Assembly: GCF_050053475.1 (NCBI RefSeq)
Contig: NZ_JBBBDN010000001.1
Reading direction: 5' to 3' (one strand)
Length of the DNA stretch: 64,000 bases
DNA from: Lusitaniella coriacea LEGE 07167
Lineage (GTDB): Bacteria; Cyanobacteriota; Cyanobacteriia; Cyanobacteriales; Spirulinaceae
The translations under genes and the position numbers were made by a program. The stretch's first letter is position 1. Every line of letters begins with the position of its first letter. The notes under the pieces are model-generated. The model was not told the origin of the DNA. It was given only the letters and a program-made list of their open reading frames with translations, and ran no database searches. Positions 47,967 through 57,253 of the stretch are shown here, in pieces.

Positions 47967-48590
47967 TTGCCCGTTGAGAATCGCTATGCTTGCAAACATC
48001 AAAGCTCAATTGAGTTTATGAGGATACACGCTATGAACGCGGGATATACCCTCGCAACCTCAACCATTTTATCAACCGCAATTGTGCTGGGTTGGGCGGA
48101 GGGGGTGCAATGCAAGTTCTTTATCTCTCCCAATCCTTCTGCAACCCAAAAAACAGAATTCAATTTTAAAATCATGAGCTACGATCTCAACTTTTGGCGC
48201 GAAACACAACCTATTCAGCTTTCTGCTACTCAGATCCGCGATCGCCTCTACGAAGGAAAAGATGTTGAGGGATTGTCAGTACTCGACGAACAAGTTATTT
48301 GGACTGCATTTTTCGAAGAGTTTCCCAACCTCGAACGCCAGGACTTTGCCTGGGATTGGGAAGGAGAAGACAGTTTTTTCCTCCTTTGGTTGAATACCGT
48401 GCAAAAAAGCCACGAAATCAAGGGAATTACCGTGTCCTGTGGCTCTATCTTGCTGACTCATCCCAACGCGATCGCGAAAATTCTCAATGCTGCCCAAAAC
48501 GTAGGTTGCACCCTCTACGATCCCCAATTTCAGTTATCAGTCAACAGGTATCAGTACGAAGAGAGGGAGAGAAACCTTGTTACCCCTTAA
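47967..48590 (+). CDS. hypothetical protein
   Basis: ORF of 207 aa; a likelier start is the internal Met at about 48174 (MSYDLNFW...). No motif recognised. Confidence 0.4.
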   Translation: MPVENRYACKHQSSIEFMRIHAMNAGYTLATSTILSTAIVLGWAEGVQCKFFISPNPSATQKTEFNFKIMSYDLNFWRETQPIQLSATQIRDRLYEGKDVEGLSVLDEQVIWTAFFEEFPNLERQDFAWDWEGEDSFFLLWLNTVQKSHEIKGITVSCGSILLTHPNAIAKILNAAQNVGCTLYDPQFQLSVNRYQYEERERNLVTP

Positions 48591-48608
48591 CCCTTAACCT
48601 TTGCCATC

Positions 48609-49931
48609 ATGCAACACCAAAACACTTCAACCAACATGAATACTGTTTATCGAACCACCGCCCTTCTTTCCGCCGCGATCGCGCTGGGAATCAATATCCC
48701 CGGAACCGCTTACGCTGCAACACTTACAGCCGATATTAACGCATCTCCCTCAACCCTCATTGCAGAACGCCCCACCCCTCCCCCATTGCCCCCAAAGTTG
48801 GTTCAAAAGCTGCAAAAAACCCTAGATAGTACCCTCTCCGATAGCGGGAGTGTCGGTGCGGTTGTGGGGATTGCAACGCCTGTTGGGAGTTGGTTTGGGG
48901 CAAGCGGACAATCCAACCTCAATCCCAAAACCGAAGTTTCGCCGCGCGATCGGTTTCCCATCGGCAGCATCACCAAAACCTTCGTCGCCACTACTATTCT
49001 CCAACTCGTAGAAGAAGAAGTTCTCTCCCTTGACGACACCCTCAACCAATGGCTTCCCCCCGACATCACCCAACACGTCGAATACAGCGACAAAATCACC
49101 CTGCGCAACCTTCTCAACCACACTAGCGGCATCTACAGCTACACCGAAAAACTTCAAACTGAAGGCGAAAAAAATCCGTCTCTTTTTATTCGAGATTGGA
49201 CACCCAAAGAATTAGTAGCTTACTCAGGAGAACCCAATATCTTTGCACCTGGGGAAAAATGGAGTTATTCCAACACCAACTACATTCTTTTGGGAATGAT
49301 TGTTGAAGCCGCAAGCGGTTCCAGCCTCGAAAGCGAAATTCGCGCCCGCATCCTCGACCCATTAGGATTGGAAAATACCTTCTTTGGGGGAGAAGAAGAA
49401 ATTCCTGGCGGTTACGCTAGCGGCTATCTCGATCTCAATGAAGATGGGGACTTTGAGGATATTGTTGATGGGATTCCAGAAGATGTTACTCCCTTCAATC
49501 TTACCCAAGCTTGGGCGGCGGGGGCGATGGTGTCCAATACCCAAGACTTGACGCGATTTATCCAAGCCTTATTTGCAGGAGAATTGCTTGCACCCGATAC
49601 CTTCGCGCAAATGCGAACCGTTACCGATACGGGAATGGAAGGATTTAGTTACGGATTGGGAATTTTTAGTCGGGATATTCCGGGTATAGGAAAAGTGTGG
49701 GGACACAATGGCGGCGTTGCAGCGTTTTCCTCAAACCTATTGTACGCGCCCGACCTGGGAATAACCTACGTAGATTTGCAAAATAGCCAGCCTGCAAGCA
49801 ATCTTGCTCCAACCCTAACAGACGTACTCTTAACTTCCGTTCCCTCAGAATCGGTTCCCGAATCAACTTCTCTCGTAGGGTTCCTCTTTGTTGGGATAGG
49901 ACTGTTGGCACAACGAACTCGTCAGAGGTAG
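48609..49931 (+). CDS. class C beta-lactamase/penicillin-binding-family serine hydrolase with PEP-CTERM anchor
   Basis: Signal peptide, SITKTF (SxxK), YSN and HNGG-type motifs; C-terminal VPESTSLVGFLFVGIGLLAQRTRQR matches PEP-CTERM architecture (PE(P/S) + TM + Arg-rich). Confidence 0.8.
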   Translation: MQHQNTSTNMNTVYRTTALLSAAIALGINIPGTAYAATLTADINASPSTLIAERPTPPPLPPKLVQKLQKTLDSTLSDSGSVGAVVGIATPVGSWFGASGQSNLNPKTEVSPRDRFPIGSITKTFVATTILQLVEEEVLSLDDTLNQWLPPDITQHVEYSDKITLRNLLNHTSGIYSYTEKLQTEGEKNPSLFIRDWTPKELVAYSGEPNIFAPGEKWSYSNTNYILLGMIVEAASGSSLESEIRARILDPLGLENTFFGGEEEIPGGYASGYLDLNEDGDFEDIVDGIPEDVTPFNLTQAWAAGAMVSNTQDLTRFIQALFAGELLAPDTFAQMRTVTDTGMEGFSYGLGIFSRDIPGIGKVWGHNGGVAAFSSNLLYAPDLGITYVDLQNSQPASNLAPTLTDVLLTSVPSESVPESTSLVGFLFVGIGLLAQRTRQR

Positions 49932-49944
49932 GCTGAGTTCAGAG

Positions 49945-50577
49945 TTGAGGTCAACCGTAATGGGTTTTTATTCCAACGTTATCTTTCCCCGAATTCTCGA
50001 TTTGAGTATGTCGAGTTCGATGCTAACCCCCTATCGCCAGCAGGTTTTGGCAGAAACTGAAGGGGAAGTTTTGGAGGTGGGTTTTGGAACGGGATTAAAT
50101 TTGCCCTACTACCCTTCAACGGTACGAAAAATCGTTGCGGTTGACCCCAATCCAACCATGAAACGCCTAGCCCAAAAGCGCATTGATGCGTCGCCAATTG
50201 AGGTGGAGTTTTGCCAACTTAGCGGGGAATCTTTACCTATGAATGACAATCGGTTTGATTGTGTGGTGAGTACTTGGACGCTGTGCAGTATTCCTAACAT
50301 TCAAGGGGCATTACAGGAAATTCGTCGCGTTCTCAAACCCCAAGGACGCTTCTTTTTTGTAGAACACGGGTTGAGTCCAGAACCTAATGTTGAAGTGTGG
50401 CAAAATCGCCTTAATCCCCTCCAGCAGAAGATAGGGGATGGGTGTAATTTGAATCGTAATATGGAAAAGTTAATTAATGAAGCGGGGTTCGCGATCGCGC
50501 ACTTGGATAAACTCTACATGGAACGCTCCCCTAAGTTTCTCGGCTATTTATACAAAGGAACCGCGATCGCGCCTTAA
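49945..50577 (+). CDS. class I SAM-dependent methyltransferase
   Basis: VLEVGFGTGLNL motif I, Methyltransf_11-like; 210 aa. Confidence 0.8.
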   Translation: MRSTVMGFYSNVIFPRILDLSMSSSMLTPYRQQVLAETEGEVLEVGFGTGLNLPYYPSTVRKIVAVDPNPTMKRLAQKRIDASPIEVEFCQLSGESLPMNDNRFDCVVSTWTLCSIPNIQGALQEIRRVLKPQGRFFFVEHGLSPEPNVEVWQNRLNPLQQKIGDGCNLNRNMEKLINEAGFAIAHLDKLYMERSPKFLGYLYKGTAIAP

Positions 50578-50622
50578 TTCAGTTATTTTTTCTCAAACAC
50601 AAACCCCCCCTACTTTCCCATC

Positions 50623-51132
50623 TTATATCCTCAACAGATCGCCACAGCAGACAATAGTTTGATCGAGATAAAATTCTATTCCCCATTTTGCTTTGCGATA
50701 TATATAAGAGGAGAAAGTTTCTCTTGTTTTTGTGACTGTATCGTCGTTTTCGCTGAACACATAAACAAACTGTTCTCCTTCTTCCTTGGTGAGTAAAAAA
50801 TGGTAATAGGTTTCTGCTTCGATAGCGAAAAGAAAAGGGTTTAATCCGACTAATTCAAAATGCTTTAAATTCTGAAGTTCATCTATTAATTGTAATTGAA
50901 TACTAATATAGCTTCTAATAGAAAAAAAATTGCTGTATAAAATAACAGACTCATCTCCAATGGATCCTCCACTACACCGACCCATTGCTAATAAAAATTC
51001 TTTTAAGCTACGGTTGACCTCAATGTCATAGAGTTTTTCTATTTTAGGAATTTCCCAGCTTTCATAGCCCACCACCTCATGTTCTGCTGAGGATTTCACA
51101 AGCTCAATCGCTTCTGACATTGTTTTAGTCAT
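50623..51132 (-). CDS. SUKH/SMI1-KNR4-like putative immunity protein (in low-GC island)
   Basis: 169 aa; WEIPKIEKLYDIEVNRSLKEFLLAMGRCSGGSIGDESVILYS resembles the SMI1/KNR4 core (LPxdYkeFL...NGG). Confidence 0.5.
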   Translation of the reverse strand: MTKTMSEAIELVKSSAEHEVVGYESWEIPKIEKLYDIEVNRSLKEFLLAMGRCSGGSIGDESVILYSNFFSIRSYISIQLQLIDELQNLKHFELVGLNPFLFAIEAETYYHFLLTKEEGEQFVYVFSENDDTVTKTRETFSSYIYRKAKWGIEFYLDQTIVCCGDLLRI

Positions 51133-51149
51133 TTGGCTCTTCTCGATCT

Positions 51150-51467
51150 CTAAGGTAATTGCCAGACTGATTGCTCTAATTGCAATACTATTTCTTCTAA
51201 GCGTTGTTCTAAAGTCATAATGTCTTTTGCCGTTTTAGAGTAAATGGGATAGTCCCAATCACAATTCTTGATAAGAAAAACCCTAAAACTTCTACTAATA
51301 TCAAAAGATGGATACCATCCAACATCTAATAAATAATTTTCTGGCAATTCAACTTGCAGCATATCCTCTTTTAGAGAGTCAATCTCCTGAATAAAATTTT
51401 CCTGAGTAAGATTTGATAGATCGTTGAAGGTCACCTGTCCTGATATTCTTGAGAAATCAAAATTCAT
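51150..51467 (-). CDS. small hypothetical protein (island gene 2)
   Basis: 105 aa, acidic, no motif; AT-rich codon usage unlike the host's. Confidence 0.45.
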   Translation of the reverse strand: MNFDFSRISGQVTFNDLSNLTQENFIQEIDSLKEDMLQVELPENYLLDVGWYPSFDISRSFRVFLIKNCDWDYPIYSKTAKDIMTLEQRLEEIVLQLEQSVWQLP

Positions 51468-51628
51468 TGTTTGAATTATTTTAAAGATATAGCCAGTAGG
51501 GTGGGTTAGGCAGCGACTTGATAAACATTCTCTTATTTACTTTTGTGTTGCCGTAACCCACCATGACCTTTGAATTATAGCTAGCCTAGACTACGAATTT
51601 TGGGTTCTACCCTTCAACTCAATAACCA

Positions 51629-52010
51629 CTATCTAAATATTGATTCTTCTATATCGGTAAACATACAAATATCATCAATTGCATCCTGCACTCTACCAGA
51701 TAATTCTGGATTCTTTATATATTCTCTAAAAAAGGGAATAACACATTTATTAAATCGACGATCGATCCTTGCAATATGTGCAATTGACAAAATTGCTGCA
51801 TATTTAATACGATCGTTGGAATGCTTTAAGTATTTTAAGCATTGCTTTTCTGTCCAGTCACGATCTGGTTCGTGTAAAGCAATACTAAGCAAAGTTATTA
51901 CTACAATTCTTGAGTCTTCGTTTGAGAGATTTCTTTTCGCCTCTTCTTGAGAGAGTGCATCTATTTCCTCATAATCTATGAAAAATAATGTTTCTCCTTT
52001 ATCAACGACT
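51629..52010 (-). CDS. small hypothetical helical (HEAT-like?) protein (island gene 1); start uncertain
   Basis: The track ORF 51629-52090 overlaps the upstream DUF4126 gene by 89 nt, so the true start is probably an internal or non-ATG codon. Confidence 0.4.
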
Positions 52011-52580
52011 CTTTCTTTTGGAACTCTTGCGATACCAGCGATACCACTCTTGGGAACTGCGAACCGATAGCCACAACAATAGCATCGCAATCAATCCCCC
52101 TTGTTCTGGTGCTTGGAAGGCAAAAAAAACGAGAAAGATACATAAAATATCTTCACTGAAAATTGCCCAGAGAGGAAGTTTTTGCAAGCGAAAAAACCAT
52201 CCCACTTGTACGAATTTGAGGACGAAAGCGAATACTCCCCCAATCAAACCAATTAACCACAAAGGCCCCAATTCTAAATCGAATTGAGATTGGGTTATTT
52301 TCGCTGCGGTAATGCCCATCAACGCCCCAACAATTGGACTGAATCCCAGTTGCACCATCTGGAGAATGCGTAAACCCAATAATTTTTTAGAACCAAATAA
52401 TTCGAATAACGACCAACTGGTTAGAATGCCCAGCAACACTTGGGGATGAATCATCGAAAGTAACGGTACATTTTCCCAGAGAGAATCGCTTTGGAGCAAA
52501 CCAACGATCAACAAAGGGAGGGCAATTCTCATGCCTGCGGCGGCTGATGCTGAAAGGGCGGCTAGAAGTCCAAGGTACAT
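52002..52580 (-). CDS. DUF4126-family integral membrane protein
   Basis: 192 aa, 5-6 TM, Arg/Lys-rich C-terminal tail. Confidence 0.6.
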   Translation of the reverse strand: MYLGLLAALSASAAAGMRIALPLLIVGLLQSDSLWENVPLLSMIHPQVLLGILTSWSLFELFGSKKLLGLRILQMVQLGFSPIVGALMGITAAKITQSQFDLELGPLWLIGLIGGVFAFVLKFVQVGWFFRLQKLPLWAIFSEDILCIFLVFFAFQAPEQGGLIAMLLLWLSVRSSQEWYRWYRKSSKRKSR

Positions 52581-52777
52581 GACATTTTTGCCTGAGAGTG
52601 TTGTTTGAGTGAAGATGCCACCCGCAACGGTTGACTCGGCTCTAAGGCTTAAAGTTTAGATGTGCGGTCTTTGCCTTATTAGTATAAAAAGCTGGCTTCT
52701 TTTTTGGGGAGCGTTTGTCGCAATTTGTACAATCTCTTGGCTCAAAAGGAGAAAAAATTGTAAACAAAAATTGCAAA

Positions 52778-52791
52778 GTAGCCTACTATAC
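52778..52791. promoter_or_regulatory. NtcA-type binding motif GTAgcctactaTAC (GTAN8TAC)
   Basis: Perfect consensus palindrome 14-19 nt upstream of TAN3T-like boxes (taaaat/tagtat); lies about 260 nt upstream of gdhA and about 200 nt upstream of the divergent DUF4126 gene. Confidence 0.4.
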
Positions 52792-53051
52792 GTTTTTTTA
52801 GGGCTTAAAATAGTATTGGGAATGAACTAACACAAATCACCAGTCTATCGTTCTGCTTCAAGCCAGAATTGAACTGGATTGCTTTAAGTCATTTATATCA
52901 GAATCTCAAGGTTTGAGTAAGAAGCTCTCGATGCCCAACGCAAGTGCGGGATGGGCGTTGTTGCAATGGCACAGAACTAATGATGAGAACCGATCTCAGA
53001 ATCGATTTTGACGTTCGACGGCTTCGCTTGTCCCCCTTTCTAACCAAAACG

Positions 53052-54371
53052 ATGACCATTGAAACCCCCAAATCTGTTCGGGAACTCTCCCTCTTTGAAG
53101 ATGCGCGGAAACGCCTCGACAAAGCCCTGAAATACGTCTCTATGTCTGAAGATGCGCTACGTCGCCTGAAATACCCCAAAGCGAGTTTAAGCGTCTCGAT
53201 TCCCGTGCGTATGGATAATGGTTCTCTGAAAATTTTCCAAGGCTACCGCGTGCGCTACGACGACACCAGAGGACCCGGAAAAGGGGGCGTGCGCTACCAC
53301 CCCAATGTCTCTATCGATGAAGTTCAATCCCTTGCTTTTTGGATGACGTTTAAGTGTGCGTTGCTCAATTTACCTTTTGGCGGGGCAAAAGGGGGAATTA
53401 CCCTCAATCCGAAAGAATTATCGCGACAGGAGTTAGAACGGTTGAGTCGAGGTTATATTGACGCGATCGCGGACTTTATTGGCCCTAATGTAGATATTCT
53501 CGCACCCGATGTCTACACCAACGCCACAATTATGGGGTGGATGATGGATCAATACAGCATTATCAAGCGTCAAGTCAGTCCCGCCGTCGTGACGGGAAAA
53601 CCCCTGATGATGGGCGGGAGTCAAGGACGAAACAGCGCTACTGCAATGGGCGCATTCTACGCGATTAACACGATTCTGCACAAATTCGAGCAAATTCCCC
53701 GACAAACCACCGTCGCCATCCAAGGATTTGGTAATGTCGGTGCAATTCTCGCCGAACTTCTCGCTCAAGTGGGTTATAAAGTCGTTGCGGTTAGCGACTC
53801 CCAAGGGGGACTCTACGCACAGCAAGGACTGGATATTCCCAGCATTCGCCAATACAAACACGAAAATCGCGGCATGAAAGCCGTTTACTGTAAAGACACG
53901 GTTTGCGATATCGTCGAACACAAAATTATTAGTAACAAGGAACTCCTCGCCCTCGATGTAGATATTTTAATTCCCGCAGCCCTGGAAAACCAAATTACCG
54001 CCGCGAATGCTCCCGACATTAAAGCAAAATACATCTTTGAGGTTGCCAATGGCCCCATCACCTCCGCAGCAGATGAAATCCTTGAGGGACAAGGCATTCG
54101 CGTCTTCCCGGATATCCTCATTAACGCAGGTGGCGTAACTGTCAGCTACTTTGAATGGGTGCAAAACCGTAGCGGATTGTATTGGACAGAAGCGGAAGTC
54201 AATCAACGCCTGGAACAAAAGATGGTAGAAGAAACCGAGCAAACTTGGTGCATTGCTCAAAATACTGGCACGTCCATGCGCACTGCTGCTTACATCCATG
54301 CCCTCAACCGCTTGGGAGAAGCCCTCGATGCCAAAGGAACGAGAGATTATTACGTGAATAACCAGTGGTAA
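53052..54371 (+). CDS. gdhA: NADP-specific glutamate dehydrogenase
   Basis: Glu/Leu/Phe/Val dehydrogenase signature region (LPFGGAKGG), Rossmann GFGNVG, start at MTIETPKSVRELSLFEDA. Confidence 0.9.
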   Translation: MTIETPKSVRELSLFEDARKRLDKALKYVSMSEDALRRLKYPKASLSVSIPVRMDNGSLKIFQGYRVRYDDTRGPGKGGVRYHPNVSIDEVQSLAFWMTFKCALLNLPFGGAKGGITLNPKELSRQELERLSRGYIDAIADFIGPNVDILAPDVYTNATIMGWMMDQYSIIKRQVSPAVVTGKPLMMGGSQGRNSATAMGAFYAINTILHKFEQIPRQTTVAIQGFGNVGAILAELLAQVGYKVVAVSDSQGGLYAQQGLDIPSIRQYKHENRGMKAVYCKDTVCDIVEHKIISNKELLALDVDILIPAALENQITAANAPDIKAKYIFEVANGPITSAADEILEGQGIRVFPDILINAGGVTVSYFEWVQNRSGLYWTEAEVNQRLEQKMVEETEQTWCIAQNTGTSMRTAAYIHALNRLGEALDAKGTRDYYVNNQW

Positions 54372-54403
54372 TCGGTAGACAGGCGATCGCGGGTCGAGTC
54401 ATC

Positions 54404-54510
54404 ATATAGCAGTAAGCACCCAGCCATCAGCCGTCAGCCATCAGCCAAAACCTTGCTATTTCTAGCTTGTCGCTGTGTGAGATGTCCTAACCTGAATGTG
54501 CGGTGCGACA
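54404..54510 (+). repeat. mosaic intergenic repeat, copy 3 (with CAGCCAT/CAGCCGT heptamer tract)
   Basis: atatagcagtaagcac + (cagccat/cagccgt)x3.5 + aaaaccttgctatttctagcttg + tgtgagatgtcctaacctgaatg. Confidence 0.7.
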
Positions 54511-54538
54511 CAAACGTAACCCTTGAATTCATTCTCGT

Positions 54539-55630
54539 TTGGCAATGCAAGACTCTTCTCCCCTAACGAACCTTATCGCTCAAAACCCCTATCCCGACTG
54601 CCTGCAACTCAACTTAATCCCCCTTTCCTCCAATGCAGACGTTCCCATTGAGTTATCCCTCTCCCTCGCCTTTAACGAACAGTGGGAACCCCTATTGAAC
54701 GGGCGCGTCAAGTTTGGGATTAAAGGGGGAACCCTGCACCTCGACGTGCCAGCAGGAACGGTAAAAAATAGCGCGATTTCCCAAACCTATTCCCTCTCTT
54801 CCCCCAATTCCAAAACCATCCTTTTAAAAATCACAGATTGCGGAACTGCCCATTCTGCGTGGGATTTTTCCGTTTGTAAAGGCGAACCTTTTTTGAAAGG
54901 AAGTCTCGACTCCCTTACCCTAGCAACCCTCGATCTTTCAAGCCACCCAACCATAACCTTCACCGTCGAACCATCGGATATCTATATCACTGACACAGAA
55001 GGATTGTGGAAACCCGATCTCAGTCCGAATAAACACGCTGTTTTGGAGCGAAAACTGGCACAATTTCTCCAGCAAACCCGCCTCTCACCTTATTTAAGCG
55101 CCGTCTGCTCGCCATCTCAAACGCCAACGCCTCAACAAAAGCCGGAAAACGACTCATTAGAAAAATTAATTCAGCAGATTGAAACCGCCCAAACCGATAA
55201 TTTGCTCGAACTGGCAGCAATGGCAAATCTCAATCCCCGTCAAGATTTTGCAGGCGGCAATTTGCTCGCCGTAGATTGTCGCGGAATGGACTTGAGTGGG
55301 AGCGATTTTTCTCGTGCGAACTTGCGAGGAGCAAACCTCAGCGATGCGGACTTGAGCGAAGCCAATTTGAGTGGAACCCGATTGAGTGGAGTCGATTTGA
55401 GCGGTGCGTATTTAGAGAATAGCAATTTCAACGATGCGGACTTACACTGTGCGAGTTTGGCATTGGCAAATTTAGGCGGCGCGAACTTACAGGGAGCAAA
55501 TTTACTGGAAACTAATTTAAGTAATACTAATTTGAGTTATGCCAAACTAGAGGGGGCAAAATTGGGAAAAAATTCAGGGCTTTCTGAAGAAATGAAGCAC
55601 GATCTCGTGCAACGAGGTGCAAAAGCTTAG
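54539..55630 (+). CDS. pentapeptide-repeat protein with N-terminal non-repeat domain
   Basis: 363 aa; the C-terminal third consists of ANLxGA(D/N)L repeats. Confidence 0.8.
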   Translation: MAMQDSSPLTNLIAQNPYPDCLQLNLIPLSSNADVPIELSLSLAFNEQWEPLLNGRVKFGIKGGTLHLDVPAGTVKNSAISQTYSLSSPNSKTILLKITDCGTAHSAWDFSVCKGEPFLKGSLDSLTLATLDLSSHPTITFTVEPSDIYITDTEGLWKPDLSPNKHAVLERKLAQFLQQTRLSPYLSAVCSPSQTPTPQQKPENDSLEKLIQQIETAQTDNLLELAAMANLNPRQDFAGGNLLAVDCRGMDLSGSDFSRANLRGANLSDADLSEANLSGTRLSGVDLSGAYLENSNFNDADLHCASLALANLGGANLQGANLLETNLSNTNLSYAKLEGAKLGKNSGLSEEMKHDLVQRGAKA

Positions 55631-55722
55631 AAATTCAAATTGTAAGGGCTGAGTTTTCCTGACTGCTAAAGGTGTGTCCCAATCCCAATCAAAAACTTGT
55701 ATTTCTTGAGAGGAGAAGTATT

Positions 55723-57189
55723 ATGCCAGCTCGATTAGTGACCATTGGCGATAGCCTATCTCAAGGGATGATTAGCGGGAGCGTTTCTCAAACCGAATGG
55801 TCTTTTCCTGCCGCGATCGCGCGATGCTTAGGAGAAACCCCAACCCTCTCTGGTGGCGGAGATCGTGCCTTCCGCATTCCCACCTTTATTGGCGAAGGGG
55901 GTTTACCCATCAATCTCGAAAAAATTTTACGCCTTTTGGTCGAGCGCTACGGCCCGAAGGTGAGTTGGTTTGATGTGGTTCCCGCTGCCTTGAGCGTTCG
56001 CAGCTTGCTCGATCGCGTGGAGGATTATTGGGAACGGGGGGAAGGTTCCCAAGCCTTACCCACAGGTTCCTTGCACCACAACCTTGCCACCTTTGGTTTT
56101 AAATTAGGAGATTGCGACACCCTCACCGAAGCCATTTGCCGTCGCGTCATTCCCGAACCCAAAGATAATGTAATCGGTCAAGTTCCCGAATTTGCCATGT
56201 ATCGTGCGGCACGCCGTACTTTAAATCCCAGCTTTGCCAAGGAATACGAGCATTTCTCGCAATTGGAAGCGGCTCGCGCGATCGCGCAATCGGAAGGCGG
56301 GATTGAAAACCTCATCTTTTGGCTCGGTTCCAACAACTGCCTCTCCACTGTCACGCAGCTTGAAATCCGATGGTCGCAACCCGAAGACCTGGGAAAATTC
56401 CCCTATGAAATCAGCGCTAACCTCTGGCGACCCGACCACTTTCAAACGTTACTCGATCGCGTTGCCCCCAAAATCGATGCTCTTGGCGCGCAGAACGTCT
56501 TCATTGCAACCATTCCCCACGTCACCATCCCCCCCGTCAGTAGAGGGATTAGCCCTGGATTGAGCGACACAAACGCCCTCAGCGCCGATGGTTACTACGA
56601 GTATTACACCCACTTCTGGATTTGGGATGCAGATTTCGCCAAATCTCCCGAACGCTATGCTTTCCTCAGTCGTGAAGAAGCGCGATTAATCGATCGAACC
56701 ATCGACGAATATAACAAAAGCATCAAAACCCTCGCCCAACAACGGGGCTGGCATATTGTGGATATGTGCGATGTCCTCGATCGTTTAGCCTACCGCCGCC
56801 AGGGAGGAGAACCCTCCTATTCCCTTCCCTCCGGAATGATTGAAGCCCTTAAAGCGAACCCAGCAACTCGCTATAAATCCTTACCCGATACGCGCTTCCT
56901 TCGCATTGTCCCAAATTCTAATGGAGCAGAACGAGAGTATCAAGGGGGAGTTTTTGGTTTAGATGGCTTTCACCCCACAACCCTCGGTTATGGCATTGTT
57001 GCCGATGCTTTTCTGAAGGTTATGGCAGAAAAAGGTGTTTCTTTGCCCTATTCGATCGATTGGAATACATTAGTTGCAGCCGATACCCTCTGGATCGATC
57101 TCCCCGAAAACTTGCTCAATTTGCGCGACACTTTAGGCTTTCTCTACCATCGCACTCCCTTAGCCCAACTCGTTGAAAACGTGTTGTAA
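55723..57189 (+). CDS. SGNH/GDSL-family hydrolase
   Basis: Start MPARLVTIGDSLSQG (GDSL block I) preceded by GAGGAGAAG; C-terminal DGFHPT (block V). Confidence 0.75.
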   Translation: MPARLVTIGDSLSQGMISGSVSQTEWSFPAAIARCLGETPTLSGGGDRAFRIPTFIGEGGLPINLEKILRLLVERYGPKVSWFDVVPAALSVRSLLDRVEDYWERGEGSQALPTGSLHHNLATFGFKLGDCDTLTEAICRRVIPEPKDNVIGQVPEFAMYRAARRTLNPSFAKEYEHFSQLEAARAIAQSEGGIENLIFWLGSNNCLSTVTQLEIRWSQPEDLGKFPYEISANLWRPDHFQTLLDRVAPKIDALGAQNVFIATIPHVTIPPVSRGISPGLSDTNALSADGYYEYYTHFWIWDADFAKSPERYAFLSREEARLIDRTIDEYNKSIKTLAQQRGWHIVDMCDVLDRLAYRRQGGEPSYSLPSGMIEALKANPATRYKSLPDTRFLRIVPNSNGAEREYQGGVFGLDGFHPTTLGYGIVADAFLKVMAEKGVSLPYSIDWNTLVAADTLWIDLPENLLNLRDTLGFLYHRTPLAQLVENVL

Positions 57190-57253
57190 CTGTCTATTGT
57201 CATAGGACGATGAACGAGAAGCTAGAACCTTTGTCTAACGAGCATTTCCAACC

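Noticed and set aside
52778-52791. Alternative reading of the GTAN8TAC motif as an activator site for gdhA only
   Set aside because: The distance to the gdhA start (about 260 nt) is long, and the motif is equally placed for the divergent DUF4126/island transcript; kept as a finding but not assigned to one gene.
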